Of a stretch of DNA of 64,000 bases, positions 1-13,252 are shown in pieces. This DNA is from Oikopleura dioica (Eukaryota; Animalia; Chordata): the NCBI GenBank assembly GCA_907165135.1, contig OU015567.1:4340001-4404000 (forward strand), written 5' to 3'. A program made the position numbers and the translations under genes. The notes beneath the pieces are model-generated. The model worked only from the letters and a program-made list of their open reading frames with translations. It had not been told where the DNA came from and made no database searches. The first letter of the stretch is position 1. Each line of letters begins with the position of its first letter.

Positions 1-231
1 AGCAGACCTATCCTCTTATGCTCTCCTCATCCCCTGCTGAGCTTTTTCTGATAAAGGCTCATTCTAATCCGTTTTCCTCGATTTTTTTTATGAGCCTAAC
101 AGCTGAAGCAAATAAGAAACGATTTCCTCCGCGGCAATTGAACCTTTATTAGGGCTCGGAAGGACGGGGGAATTGGCACGCAAAGGTTAAGGGTGTCATC
201 GACGATATAGTAAAATTAGCGAACTTTTGGC

Positions 232-1091
232 GGAGCACGCTCACTTAGACTTTTCACTCACTTGGACTCGCGCTCATTCTAACCCGCGCTCATTTGAACC
301 CGTCGGTCCAAGTGAGATTTTGGTTCAATCGAGCGCGAGTTGAAGTGAGCTTTACATTTTGCGTGGGCGAGGGTACTGTATTCTCAGTGGACAGTCTTAC
401 GATAGTTTTTAGAATTCGTTTTTTTTTTAATTTTCATAACTGCGGAGTAAGAATTTTTTCTGAAAACTTCCAACCGTTAGTAACAAGAGCCTTTTGTCAA
501 TAGGAAGTAACATACCTGAAAAACACTGAAAAAGATTGAACCAGTTATATTTAATGCATAAACGTTATAACTTCAGTTAAAAGTAATCATGAATCCAAAT
601 TTTATATTAATCTGTAAAACGAAGGTTAACATTTTCCAGGAATTCATTAAAAAGAAAAAGATTATATAATTCTAGAGCAAAAATAACTTTCTAGAGTTTA
701 TAAGTCAAGTTTACAAGTGGGCAACCGAAATTTTGTTCTGTTTTGCAGAGACTAAGTCTTGTAGACAACAGACACCTGCAGGAATCCAAAATTATAAAAA
801 TCTCCAAATTATAACCCTTTAAAATTGTACAAAATTATTTGAGAGTATCAAAATGATACTGCTATCGAAAAGCAAACTAAAATATTTCTCGATCATGTCA
901 CCCGGTGAGAGTCGCAGGATTCATTTTTAAATTCTTTTTTTTTTTTAAGAATTTTTTTAAGTAATTTTTGCACTCATTCTAACTCCTCACTCTATTCAAC
1001 CAACACTCTAATTGGCCGACGAGTTCAAACGAGCGAAGAGTTAGAATGAGCGCGAGTCCAAGTGAGAGAAAAGTCCAAGTGAGTGCGCTCC
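232..1091. mobile_element. Mutator (MULE)-like non-autonomous element / MITE, 860 bp
   Basis: Imperfect ~120-bp terminal inverted repeats (232-350 vs 972-1091, starting GGAGC) flanked by an exact 9-bp direct repeat ACTTTTGGC (223-231 and 1092-1100). A 9-bp TSD with long G-starting TIRs is the MULE signature. No transposase ORF. Confidence 0.8.
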
Positions 1092-1264
1092 ACTTTTGGC
1101 AGGAGCAAATATGGTTATTTATCCGGCTCAAATAAGGTCTAAAAGCGACTCCATTAGGAGAGGCTTCCCTTTCATCCACTAAAAAAACCTGCTTTATTCC
1201 CAAGGGCCAATCAGATCTTTTGATTTGAAATTTAGCTTAAAACTGACTAACAAAATAATTTCAG

Positions 1265-4200
1265 AATCGTCTTTCAACCCTTATCGGCGAATTTAAAAAT
1301 CTTCCTCAACTAATCGAGCTGAAAATGTCCGACAATTCTCTCACAAAAATCCCCGATTTCCGAAAAGTCCCGAGCCTGGTCCTTCTTCACCTCGCCAATA
1401 ATCTGTAAGTACTTTAAGCTAAAGTGTTTTGGAGTAAACAGAAAACTTGTATGGCCTACTTTGCATTGCGTATTACATTTACAAACATGGAGTTATTTTG
1501 GAGATAAGTCGGGTGGATAAGCTCGAGAACCGTAAACTGACCCGGGTGTATCAAAATAACTAGAGGGAGAGGATGATATTGGAGGTGGGAAGGGATTATA
1601 AAGAGGGGTTGGAATTATCGGGATTTTGAGGCTGTTTTTAAGGGTCCTCCCTTCATTTTTAAAGATTTTTAAATGAAAAAGGGTTCAGATTTTCTGAATT
1701 TTGAATGTTGTTATTTTCATATTTATGTTTTTTTCTGAGCAAGCGCTGCAGATGGAATATTTTCTAGGGAATGCTTAAATTGGCGTGTTGCCCCGCATGT
1801 TTTAAATATTTTAGCGTAACACGTGTAATTCTGCCTGTTCCAGTGACCCATAACAATGACGACATGGGTTTTCGGCCTTGGCTCAATTTTCCTTTCTTTA
1901 TCAATGATACCTTCTTAAATCGTTTCTAGCGGCAGAAGCTAGATTGGTAGCAAAAGCGAACTCCTCCTTCTGCTTCAAAACGGAAAGCGATAAGGTCCTC
2001 TTACGGAACTTGACACTCGCGACCGTCGCCATGGAGGAAGGGGAGGGGGGGTCCCTTAGTCGAAAATTGCCTCGGCTTTTCTTTATTATTTGCGCCGCGT
2101 AAATATCACTTCCAACTCGCAAAGATCCAAGGTCGACGATTTGAAGCCTCGACTAGTCTACTATTGACATGTTAAACTTGATCAAAGCGCCAATCCATTT
2201 TACCCAGTTGAGACTCATTCTAGAGGTCCCAGAGGCCGGGCTCACTGAATAAGCGTGTCAAGCTAGTGTTTTCGAGCTTCCGCACGGGCTGATCAATGAT
2301 CACCAAACACAATGGATTTATACATGGTTTGAAGGGCGAACAAAGCGAGTTTTCTTTATCTCTTGACAAGTTTTATTTTGTGTTAAGGGCCTACTATCAA
2401 TAGCAATAAAATCTAAAACAAAATCGTCCGAAAAGAACCGCATTTCCTAGCGGCAAAAAACACCCGGAAACGCGGAGAAGAAGGCATTTCCTCGATCGGG
2501 TTCTTAAACCCTTACGGCGTGGCTTTATTTCTGAACCGCTTTGCAAGATTCGGTGCATTCCGTTCAAATAATTATTTACCGCACCTTTGCCCCTTGGAAC
2601 ACATTAGGGTGCCACTGGCGCAAATTGAGCTTTGCGAACTTTTTTTTTAAATGAAGAAAAATTCGAGTCATCCTTCTTTTTTCGATCAGTATTTCAGAAC
2701 AATCTATTTCAGCTAGCTTATCCTAAAAATAGTTTCCCGATTGTGGCGACTTTAACAAATTTGGCGAGAGAATTGGCGACACACTTTGTCCCCGCGAGTG
2801 TTGTATAAACACGACTTTAACTATATTTACAGCTTTGTTGTGGAATTAAGGGTAGTGGCTTCCATCAAGCCGGGCGGCCTGCTACATTCGTGAAAATTGA
2901 TCCAATATTGTCAGCATTCGGGGGCCCGCTGAAGGCGGCGCATTAATCCGATTTATTATGCTCCTCGGAGCGGGATAAAGTGAAATAAGGCGGCGGAAAT
3001 AAGGGAGAGCGGGCTTTTTTGTGCAAATAAAAGCGGGTTGAAATTATCCCTGGGAAAGATTGTAGAAAATCAGGGTTATTCTGAGCCTGAAAGACCCGGA
3101 TTTGAATACAGTCTGATTTTGGTCTTTCTTTGATCTTTCATTTTTCTAGCGTTGTTTTTATGACCTGATGTTCGTTATTTGCATTTGGCTGAGTTACAAT
3201 AACTCTTTATCTTTTTCATTTCCTGGCTGCGCGGCCGGACTCGGAGGCGCCGGATGAGTAGATCCGCCATATTGTCCCCACTTTGGGCAAATACGTTCAT
3301 TTTCTATTCCAGTGCGCCAGGCAATGAATATGCTCATTTTTCCCCGGTCCCCGGTCCAGGGACTTCCAATTTCTTGGAATGACAGGTGCCCCAACTCGAG
3401 TAGCTGAGTTCCTGAAGCACTGGGCTGCTACGACGCTACTGCCAGGTGCTCTTGAAAGTTTAGTGCTTCAATTTTCAATTTTGAGCAGCGCACGCAACTT
3501 TATTGCAATAAGGCCTAAAACAACCACAAAAACCACTTTCCAGTCAGAACACGGCGAAGATTTGCATTTTGAGAACTGCGATTTCCGGCTCGAAAAATAT
3601 TTGTTTCGAGCCGAAAATACGAAATTCCAGCTTCAAAATCATTAAAAATCAGCATTGATTCTGATTGATTATTTTTAACCCAGCCGTAAGACGAGCGATT
3701 TCCGCTGGGAAGCATGTGGTTTATATATTGTTTTAAATGAGCCCGGACGGAGGTATAATTTTGAGATTGAATTCTAGCTTCGCGACGGGATGACGCGCAG
3801 AAATGAAGAAGTCGCACGAGTCTAAATGACCCCGAATCGGTTTTAATTATAAACGAAATATGATCAATCAGCAGATTTCGTTCTCATCATCATCATTTTA
3901 CAGTTCCCTCCGATTTTTAGAAAAGCGAATTTTTGGGAAAGAAAATAGAAGATAAAAGTGACTTTTAAAAAGTCCAAGTTCCGGCAGGTGAAAAAGATCA
4001 GCACTTTGAAAGACCAACAAAGCCAAACTGTCGGACACTTGCTTTTTTCTGCCTAGAAAGTTGGTGAAATTTTCAAGTGACAGAGCGCTTATCTTGAGTA
4101 CCGGAAGGCGGGCGGGCGCGAATTCAGATTTCAAAAGAGGTTCACCGAATAAGTATCAAACAGGCTGCACCTGAGAATACGGCCATTTCCGGAGCAGATT

Positions 4201-7200
4201 TTCATATCTAGAGCCTTTCACTTTTTGATATGCGTGCTCTCTAAAAACTCGCTTTCCGGCTAATTGAATCGGTGATCTACCTGCTTCAACTCGTGTTATT
4301 CCAATTTTTGATGCGTTTTGCAAACATCACCTAACACGAATTCGACCGGGGCGACCTCCGTGAAGAAGTTTATTTTCATTCCGACACGCGCCAAAGAATC
4401 TTTCGAGCCTTCGGGTCAGCTGGTATTTGTTTCATAGGGAAGCCCTTATGTAAGGGAACAGGGCCATTGTCAAGTTGCCAGTGGTGGCAAGTGCGAAGTG
4501 CGAAAGGAACAATAAGGTGTAAGAGGATTTTCGAGTCGGGAGTCGACTATTGTTGACCTCGATTTCCGGCTCTCATGGCCGCTTTTTAAGGGTCTGCCAC
4601 TGACTAGGCCTCTCAGAAAGACCTGCAAATATACCATGTAAAATTAAAGCTAATTTGAACAGATTTCCCATCGACGAAATAATAAGCCTGGTGGATATTT
4701 GACGAGTTTTGTCTCAGTGGGGATGAAATTTACAAAATCACGTGACGCGCGGGTTGATTTATCACCCGAAGTTCGTTATATTTGAGCCTAAATTTCCTCA
4801 CTTCCTAAATCGATTCAGAAAATCTGGCCCAATCTGTTTTTATTTAACCTTTTTTCGCTTTCGGTTGAAAATTCCAAAGAAACGGAGTGGGTTATTTTTT
4901 CATGATATCTCAGGTGGAGCCGAGGCGTTATCAGTGAGGCGTATTTTCGGAGCTTCGGAGGTGATAAGCAGCTGGATCAGAGAGTTGCTGCAAAATAATG
5001 CGCGCGGATTAACCCGTTGCTGCGCGCTGATTCAATTTGGCCAATTCATGAAGGACACCGGCGGTAATCCAAGGGGATAACGGCAGGTTAAAATTTCAGA
5101 AGTGATAAGAGCAGCATGAGATGACGTTTCTCGTGAGTAGATAATTAGTTAAAAGCGGCTTTTTTTACCAAACTTATCCGGTAAAATCGTAATTACAAGC
5201 AAAACTTAGCTAAGTATCTTTCTAAAACTCGGCTCCCCTGGAATTAAGGGTCCCCTGCTGCGCCTAATGAGCCCAGCATGACGACAGCAGTGTTCAGCTA
5301 AGCAACGAGTGTGCCCTAATGAATATGAATGGGAATTATTCAGCAGAATACAGTCTTTTCTGAATAAAAGCTTTTATGTTTCTTTTTCCCGAAGAATCTT
5401 GATAAATTATTCATCAGCTTTAGTACAGAAGCATAACTGTACAAAACAAGGCTTGGGCACGCATGCTGCCAAAAAGCAACCCGAAGCAGCCGCAGGTGGA
5501 AATCAGTGTGCCCAAATATTTGACTTTGATTTCGAATCTGTCTCCTACTTGCGTATCACTTTTCCGCGCAAATATCAAATCGTCTCAGGGCACAAAATCG
5601 ACATTCAAAATCGGCCCGCTTATCAGCCTATAATGCAGATAAAGTGACAATTCGCTCGTAAATTGGGTTTGTCAAAATTTGAAAATCGCGTTCCGTGCGA
5701 AGTTGCGCACTTCCTCCTCGCGCATTAGATTTTATAAAGGCCAATTCAACCCAGCCACCCTTAAAAACTCGAAAATGGATGTTAACCCATTCTTTGCGTG
5801 AGACACAAATCTGACTTTGCGCATTCCTTCGCAAGCACAATTAGAAGCGAAAACCTCGTAAAGGGGCTCAAGCCAGATTACTCAAATGCCGTCTGCGCTA
5901 ATTGCGGGGTACCGCGGCGGCCAAACTGTCAAATTGAAATTTTCAGAGGTTGATGCATCGCCTCTAGAAAGCACAAAAGGGGCAGTTCTTAGAGGAGGGA
6001 TAAAAATTTAAGTCGGTGTTGGTTTTCAAAGCGCGTGAAAAGAAACGCGGTTGGTAGTGAATTACCGATTTGTACATCGCCCTCTTTTATCGCTTCTAAA
6101 GCGTGGTAATCCTGATCTTTTCAAATAGAGATCAGCCCAGTGAGCTCAACACGTGATCGGGTGACCAAATGAAAGAAAAAGATAAAACACCCTTTTTGAA
6201 GTTTCTTGCCAAAAAATATATCTAACGTATTGCTTCAGAATCACTTCGATAAACGGCAGTATCCTTCGACTTCCAAACCTCACCCATCTGGACCTCTCGG
6301 GCAACGCCATCAAATCCGTCACCAGGCTTCGTCTTCCTTCCCTAATGGAGCTGAACCTCGCTCGCAACTCCCTCAGTTCGCTCGACGAAAGTCTTCTGAA
6401 TTCCCGCGAGCTTGGCTACCTCCAGATCGCTCAAAATCCGCTGGAAAAAGTTCCTGCTCAGCTTTTTCAAAAACTCTCGAAACTGAAAAACCTCGACGCT
6501 AGCTACACCAAACTCATGGAGATTCCTCAAATTCCGGATGATATGATTGTCAACGAGCTTCGTCTCACCGGTGTTTCCCTGAACTGCGACTGTGACATCC
6601 TCTGGCTGACCCAGTACGCCAGAGATCTTGGCCACGTGACTCTTGGACTGAACGAATTGACTTGTGGAACACCAGCGAGGTTCTCCGGCATCCCAGTCGT
6701 CGATTTCAACCCTTTGGAATGCAAAGTCGATTCCGATTCCGACTCGAGCTCCGAAGAAGATCCTTGCCGAAGCTGGGAGTGCAACTACGGCGCTCAGTGC
6801 GTGATTGAAAACAACAAGCCTAAATGCGTGTGCTACGATGCTTGGGGTGGAGAGCATTGCGAGCAGCTTCTGATTGATACGGCCAAAGTAACTGATTTGC
6901 CAGCGAAAATTGAAGAACCAACCATTTGGGTGGATGATGTTGGACCGGCTTTTGTCGAGGTAAGAATCGAAACTCTTTGTTGATCCTCACCACGTGATAA
7001 ATTTCTCGCCCTTGGATAAAATTCCATCCCCCGTCCGGTAATCAAACTAATCCCGCGTTTTCTTCCCCAAAAAATTTGAGATTCGCCAAAATTGAATACC
7101 AAAAAGGCACTTCCGTCGCGGACAATTCCAATTCGTTATCGAACATTTGTCGCGTGGTTTTGATAACGCTTCCGGGATTAAATTTTTCGGGGCCATTTTG

Positions 7201-8889
7201 AAGCTGACTAAAATGTGCATTTTAGGTGTCTTTTGCGCGATTGAGCTCGACCAGGGCGACTTTGAAGCTTTGGATTGCTGAGGAAGATGTTTTTGTGCCT
7301 TCTACTTCTGATGTGATTGATTCAGACATCACCAAGTTTAGGTAAGATGAAGCAGAGGCTTGAATAATGCAAATAAGGGATGATAAGATCCACAAGTCGG
7401 ATCAAAAATGAATTTTTGGAAGAAAGGGCTTTATGCCTAATCTTATCTCCAAATGGTACTGGCCAAGTGGATCGTGCTTGAAATAAAAAGTGCCCGAAGC
7501 TGGCCCAGCGCCAATCCTTTTTTCATTCTTTTTCGATTTATTTTCTGCAAAAAAAGAAAAATGAAACATGTTCCGCGGTTAGCAGAGGGTTCAGATTTAG
7601 GAGTTGATTTATTTTGCTGACATTTTTGAGCGTTATTGAATTTTCGCGGAGCAGCGCGAATCAATGGAACATTATTTGCGCGGCTTAATTAAAATCAAGA
7701 AAATCACATTTCCCCGATTACCATTTCTGATCCTTCAATCAGAGGCAATCTAATTTGGATTTATTGCTAACAAAATCAAACGAGCTTTCAGAAGCCCTTT
7801 TTCACCTTTAGAAAGAAAGCCAGAAATACACAAAAAAGCCGCGCGCGGCTTATAACGATAAGACCCCGTATAGAAACTATTGACGAGTTATAACCCCACT
7901 GTTGCATATTTAATCAGATCTGGCGATGCGTGAATTTTTCATCGATCATTTTTTCGGACAATACAAGTTTTTTTGCGCGAGATGAAATATGCAAGGGCTC
8001 TCTAGTTGTCGGCCTCGTCGTGTAAATAAATGTTCTAATAAGCTTTTGTTATTGCCGTGCCAAATGGAGGATATTAAAGTTGATTATGAAAGTTGATATT
8101 AAGTTCTCCCTGAACTCAGTTGCTTTTTGTATAATCTTGTTGTCAAATGCAAGCTGTCTACCAGACACTTTTTCTTTCGACAAAATATTCACCGATCATT
8201 TCAGATACGAAGATCTCCAACCCTCTTCCGAGTACAAGCTCTGCATTAGCACCAACGGCCCCAACTCTTGTGCCATCTTCAACACTCTTCCTTCTTCCAC
8301 CGAATTCCTCGAAATCGAATCCACGCTCGAGAGCGAAAACAACTCTCCCAACACTTCTGAGCAAAATTCCTCGACGTCGGAATTCATCGGCGCCGCTGTC
8401 GCTGCTGCTGTTCTCGTCGTTGTTGTCATCTGCGTCGGCGTTTTCATGAAGCGAAGACAGTACACGGAAAAGGCGCAGAAGTCTTCGTATTCCGGAGCGT
8501 CGGGAGAAGAGTGCTCGACTTGGAGATACGCAGGCGCTGGAGGAATGCACTGCCCGAGCACTGACAGATCTACGAACAACATGACCCCCGAGTCCGTTCC
8601 CTACAGCTCCTACACCGGAAACACTGGTGGCTCCGAAAACAACTACGCGGAGGTCTGCACTAACTACCATCTCTCGCGAACCCCTCATTTCGCCTTTGAG
8701 CCGGCACTTGCTCAGTCGACTCCTCAGCGAACCGAACCGCGGTCGAACCGAAGCGAACCGCAATTCTACCACTATCACCCAGATGAAATGTCCAAAACAT
8801 TCCACGGAAATCAAAACCACAATCATCACAATCAATCAAGACCACTGTACACTCATCACAACAATACAAATGGATATTACTGTGCATAA
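1265..8889 (+). CDS. Vasorin-like type I membrane protein (LRRs, LRR-CT, EGF, FN3, TM, cytoplasmic tail); 5' end not found
   Basis: Exons 1265-1404, 6239-6959, 7226-7341 and 8205-8889 join in frame through GT-AG introns. Motifs: LRRs (LIELKMSDNSLTKIP, LTHLDLSGNAIKSV), LRR-CT (LNCDCDILWL...LTCGTP), EGF (CRSWECNYGAQCVIENNKPKCVCYDAWGGEHC), FN3-like (YEDLQPSSEYKLCI), TM (IGAAVAAAVLVVVVICVGVFM). Confidence 0.8.
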
Positions 8890-9883
8890 ACTTTAATGGA
8901 AAGTGTTAACATATATACATATATATATATTGAAATTTCTGTAAATAAAGAAGGATTTAATTCTTGATTCAAAAAAATATGAAGCTTCATTTCAAATTGT
9001 CGAATAAACCTGCGATCTATCAATAAATTGATAAAATCGCCAAACAGTATTTGCCTCTGTGGTCAAGAGTAGCTGTTGATATTTTTGATGTTTTCATTCT
9101 GTGGCTCTGAAACCCACAATTGAATGATTCGGGAAAGTGTTGCTCTCCGCCGCAACTGACCTTCTTTTTTATTAGGAAGGCGTCATATTTATTTAGACGA
9201 AAATATTGAAAAAACGACTGTCTTAATTGGGGTTAACTTTCAATCGGATCTTCTTTGAAAACATGGATTTGTGATCTTTGAAGAGCAAATGAGCCCATTT
9301 GATTACGCGGCTGGAAATCTCCTCGGCGCGCGCGGATGATCACGAATTATTTCCATATAAAGGGGTTCAACCCTTCATAATGCATGTTGAAGGTGTTCCG
9401 CATGGGCAGGAAGCCAAAAATAAACAAAACAGGGTGGAATGGAAAATGAAGTTGCATGATTCTAATTATTCGACTTTCGCCAAAACAGGATAATGCTGTT
9501 GCCACGCGTTTCTCTTGGTAAGCATTTATAATCGCAAAAATACAAAATAAAAAAGGTCAAAGCTACAAATTTCAAAATGAAGAATACAAATTCAACAATC
9601 TTTGGCCTCTAAAAACCATGAAATTTTCCTCCGACAGCGGCTTTGAAAGTCGGCATCGATGAAAAAAAGGAATCATGTCCGTGGAACTGCTAAATTATGC
9701 AAAGCAGGCCGATCATTGACAGTGTGGTTTGTGTTTTTGCGAATTTCACCCCTTTACCGGCTGCGCCCCTTGAAAATATTCCGCTTAAATGAGCAGCCGG
9801 ACAATCCTTGTTTGCACGAATTCAAGTCGATTTCGACCGAATCGAACTAAATAATCATCTCGACCTGAATTTTCTTTTAAAAT

Positions 9884-10574
9884 TTATTTCTCAAATAAAA
9901 AGGCATTTTTCTCAGTAGTAAAATCCTTTTCCCATTTTTCTCTTCTCTCGTCTTCTGCACCCAATTTGAAGGATTCCTCGTTGTCTCCAAAGCAATTCTT
10001 CCCGGAATCGCAGCACTGTCGGCAAACGCTTGTTGCTTTCTGCCACTTTCTTGGTTTGCATTGATGTTCGGCGAATCTTCCTCTGAAGTTTTGAGACTTA
10101 TTGGCGAGACATGCATCAAGCGCTTTGCAGCCCATTTTGACCGACTCTACTTTCGGGCCTCTTTTTCGAATTTCGATCTGGCAAGACTGCTCGTTTTCTT
10201 GGCACTCTTGCGCAAAACCTAAAAAGAATCAGCTCTATAATTTTCGAATGAGTTATTGGTTACCTTCAGAAGAGCATTCGTTATAATTTCTGCTACTGCA
10301 AGTCATGCAAGTTAGTCTTGAAGACATAAATTTGAAGAGAGCATCATGACTAGCTGTTTCTGGCCCAGATGAATTGGGTAGAGGTTTTTCTATCTTGGTT
10401 TCTTCAATATTTCCAAATGCGTACAAGAGAAGCCCTCCTAAAATGGGATTTCAAAGGCTCGTCATTTGAGAAGCTCTGTTCATTTCTACCTTCAATTTGA
10501 CCAAGACTTTCCTTTTCGTCTCCATTTTTCTTTGCTCTGGCAATAATAAAAACGAAAATTGACAGAAATTTCAT
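9884..10574 (-). CDS. Secreted cysteine-rich protein (~197 aa)
   Basis: Exons 10574-10490, 10437-10264 and 10218-9884 join in frame through GT-AG introns. Hydrophobic N-terminus MKFLSIFVFII, then a Cys pattern CMTC..C..C..SC..MGCK..AC..QC..SVCRQCC..C. Confidence 0.7.
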
Positions 10575-11074
10575 CTTTTTTTTTCGCAAAATCAGTATTT
10601 TTACCCAACTTCCACGGGGTCTTATATGCACTCATAGTTTGAGATAAGCGCAATAAATCCCAGCTGACACTGCTGATATGGCTCCAATCGACCCAACGAA
10701 CTGAATTTAGTTCGTTAATTTAGAAAAAATTTCATGTGGATAAACGGATTATTCTAACATAAACTGCTGACGTTTTACTTTTTCTAGCTCCATTCATTCC
10801 TAAACAACGGGTCGTAGACAGTCACATCTCAAAGCAAGACATTTAGACATTGCCAGATGACGTTTTAGTACAGTCAAAGATACAGACATTAATCCAATTT
10901 CAAATTCTTTAATTCGAGTTTTTCTCCTTTTCAAATTGGTATTTTTCGCGACAGAAAAAGATAATTATAATATCGAGAATGAAAACTAAAAAGCAACTTT
11001 CTTCGTATAAAGCCCCTGCTTTTCTGTCAAAATTATCAAAAAGAAAATTAAAAAGCCAAAAGAAAAAAAAAACG

Positions 11075-11872
11075 ATGAAATTTATATTTTTCTTCTTCCC
11101 GCTTATTTTTGCAAACAACGAAGAAAACTGCAGAATCGCTAATCCAGATTGGGACTACTACAGCCAAGTAACCCATGTTTTTGGGATACCCATAGTGGCA
11201 ACAAGAGAGGTTCATCCTTCAGCAATAGCTCTGACCTGTAAATACTTCGAATTCCTGATCAAAGACAATCAAGAAATCGTCAGGAACCTCCAACGAAGAA
11301 ATCACAAGGTGGTCATTCTCGGCCGACGACAAGAACTCGCCCGAGATGTTCCAGAATACCACGGGTACGAGAAAAAGCTGCACAGTAGAGGAGTCGGCGG
11401 GACAAGACATAACCCAGTTACAGTCATTCCCGAAGAAAATGTCCTTTGCCTGAAAGAAGACAAACAACCGGGAGACATCATCCTTCACGAATTGGCCCAT
11501 GCAATCCATCTTGTCGGAACTCCAAGGGGTCTCCTTCAAAAAATCGCCAGAAGCTACAGGCATGCAGAGAGATACAATCTCTTTCTGTACAATTACGCCG
11601 CAGAAGATCCGCGAGAATATTTCGCCGTCGGGGTTCAAACGTTTCTCAACAAGTCACCAGCGGAAAATTACGCGACATTTGATCAGCCGCATCGAAGACC
11701 ACTCAGAATCACGAGAGATCACCTCTTCCGTAACGACAGACATCTCTACTCTTTGGTTGAAAATGTGTTGCTTAAAAAAGAAGGCTGGAAATTGCCGAAA
11801 CGATGCGAACTTTGGAAGAACGGAATCATGGACCCAAACACCTTGGTCGATTCTTTTGATCAGCTTTTATAA
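11075..11872 (+). CDS. Intronless secreted zinc metallopeptidase-like protein (HExxH...E, gluzincin-type)
   Basis: Single ORF with signal-like MKFIFFFFPLIFA, motif ILHELAHAIH and downstream REYFAVGVQTF (candidate third Zn ligand); AATAAA near 11902. Confidence 0.8.
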   Translation: MKFIFFFFPLIFANNEENCRIANPDWDYYSQVTHVFGIPIVATREVHPSAIALTCKYFEFLIKDNQEIVRNLQRRNHKVVILGRRQELARDVPEYHGYEKKLHSRGVGGTRHNPVTVIPEENVLCLKEDKQPGDIILHELAHAIHLVGTPRGLLQKIARSYRHAERYNLFLYNYAAEDPREYFAVGVQTFLNKSPAENYATFDQPHRRPLRITRDHLFRNDRHLYSLVENVLLKKEGWKLPKRCELWKNGIMDPNTLVDSFDQLL

Positions 11873-11931
11873 TTGCCTGACATTCAGTTTTACTTCTCTG
11901 TAAATAAATTAAAAATCAGAAGAAGCAAAAT

Positions 11932-13252
11932 TTATTCATTTAGCCAGGGCAGATATTGCATGACTCGAACATAAACACCAGGCGAATCAGCAAGCCCGCA
12001 TCCGATTCCCCAGGAGGTAACGCCAAAAAGCACCGCTTTTCTGTCATCAATGCAGACCAATGGCCCGCCAGAGTCGCCCTGGCAGCTGTCTTTGATTCCT
12101 TCTCGCCAGCCAGCGCAGAGCATTTTCGTCAAATCAAGGTTTTTAGATTCCAAAGTTGTTTTGCATTGCTGATTATTCCAAATTTTAATATCGACTTCAT
12201 TCAATTTATGATTGATTTCTTTGTGCGGCGAAAACGATGTCTTTCCCCAGCCGGCGATGAAGCATTTTGAAGAAGAAGATGGTATTTGAGTTGAGCTGTC
12301 TGGTAGACAAACTGGCTGGTTGATCATTTTCGGCGATTTTTTGAAATCGAGGAGGCATAAATCATCATGAAAAGCATCCGATCTGTAGTTTTCATGAATT
12401 TTGATGCTTTGCGGATTCAAAATGATTTCATTTTCTTCAAACAAAAGGGCATCTTCTTCGTTCAAATAGATCCTTATATTTTCAAGATCATCTTCAAAAC
12501 CATAACAACAGTGTGCTGCGGTCAGAATTCTCGTTTCTGAAATCAGGCTTCCACCGCAGCGACGATTTCCAAACTCGATTCTTACTATCCACGGCCATCG
12601 AGCCAGCGTTGTTTGCTTGCCGCCAAAGATTCTTTGCGAGAACGTACCTTTCGAGCAGGATTCGAGATTATCTGGAAGTCCAACCGGCGTCTTCGAAAAC
12701 ACGATTTCTTTGCGAGGCTCGCAGGTCCAGTTCTGAATCTCTTCATCGTAGATTTTATTGCTTTTTGCTCTTCGCCAGTGGCAAATTTCTTGCTTGTCAA
12801 TTTTCCACCTGCAGCGGCATCCGACCAGAAAGGTTTTCCTCCGTGGCGGCATGATCACGTGGTTGCTTTCTTTGCAAGTATATTGACAGTTGAATATCCC
12901 AGTTGTTGCGGATTTGCGACACTTTTTAACGAGCCCCTGATCTTTAGGGACGATCGGGACGCAAGGGCGACAAACTCCAATTTGATGATTCCACTGGGTC
13001 TTTTTCAGGGGATCTTGATGCACTTTGCAGTTCACCTTTCTCGGACCACTAAAAAACTTTTAAAAATCTGAGTTTAATCATTTCCTACCCATAATGATCG
13101 AACTCTTTTTCGCAGAAAATCTCGCAGCTTGGTCCAGTACATCTCAATTCTCCATGTTTGTCTCCTCTTATATCGTTTTTTGTCATGCACTGAGAATGAT
13201 GTGCCCATTTACTAAAGGCAAAACTCAAAAATTCGAAAAGAAAAAGCAGCAT
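11932..13252 (-). CDS. Secreted trypsin-like serine protease (S1) with Cys-rich N-terminal region
   Basis: Exons 13252-13089 and 13048-11932, 40-nt GT-AG intron. Signal peptide, activation site RIFGG, catalytic motifs TAAHC, DDLCLL and GDSGGP, and Asp at the S1 pocket (KDSCQ). Confidence 0.92.

Noticed and set aside
6342-6857. 171-aa minus-strand ORF (also 8158-8835, 12613-13071, 14906-15481, 20162-20575, 43229-43498, 60032-60310)
   Set aside because: Antisense shadows of well-supported coding exons on the opposite strand; no motifs of their own.
8080-8204. Apparent signal peptide at the start of the 269-aa ORF (MIMKVDIKF...)
   Set aside because: Intronic read-through. The exon starts at 8205 after TTTCAG and is in phase with the 7226-7341 exon.
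10979-11074. Lys-rich N-terminal extension of the metallopeptidase ORF
   Set aside because: A-rich upstream sequence; the ATG at 11075 directly precedes a signal peptide.
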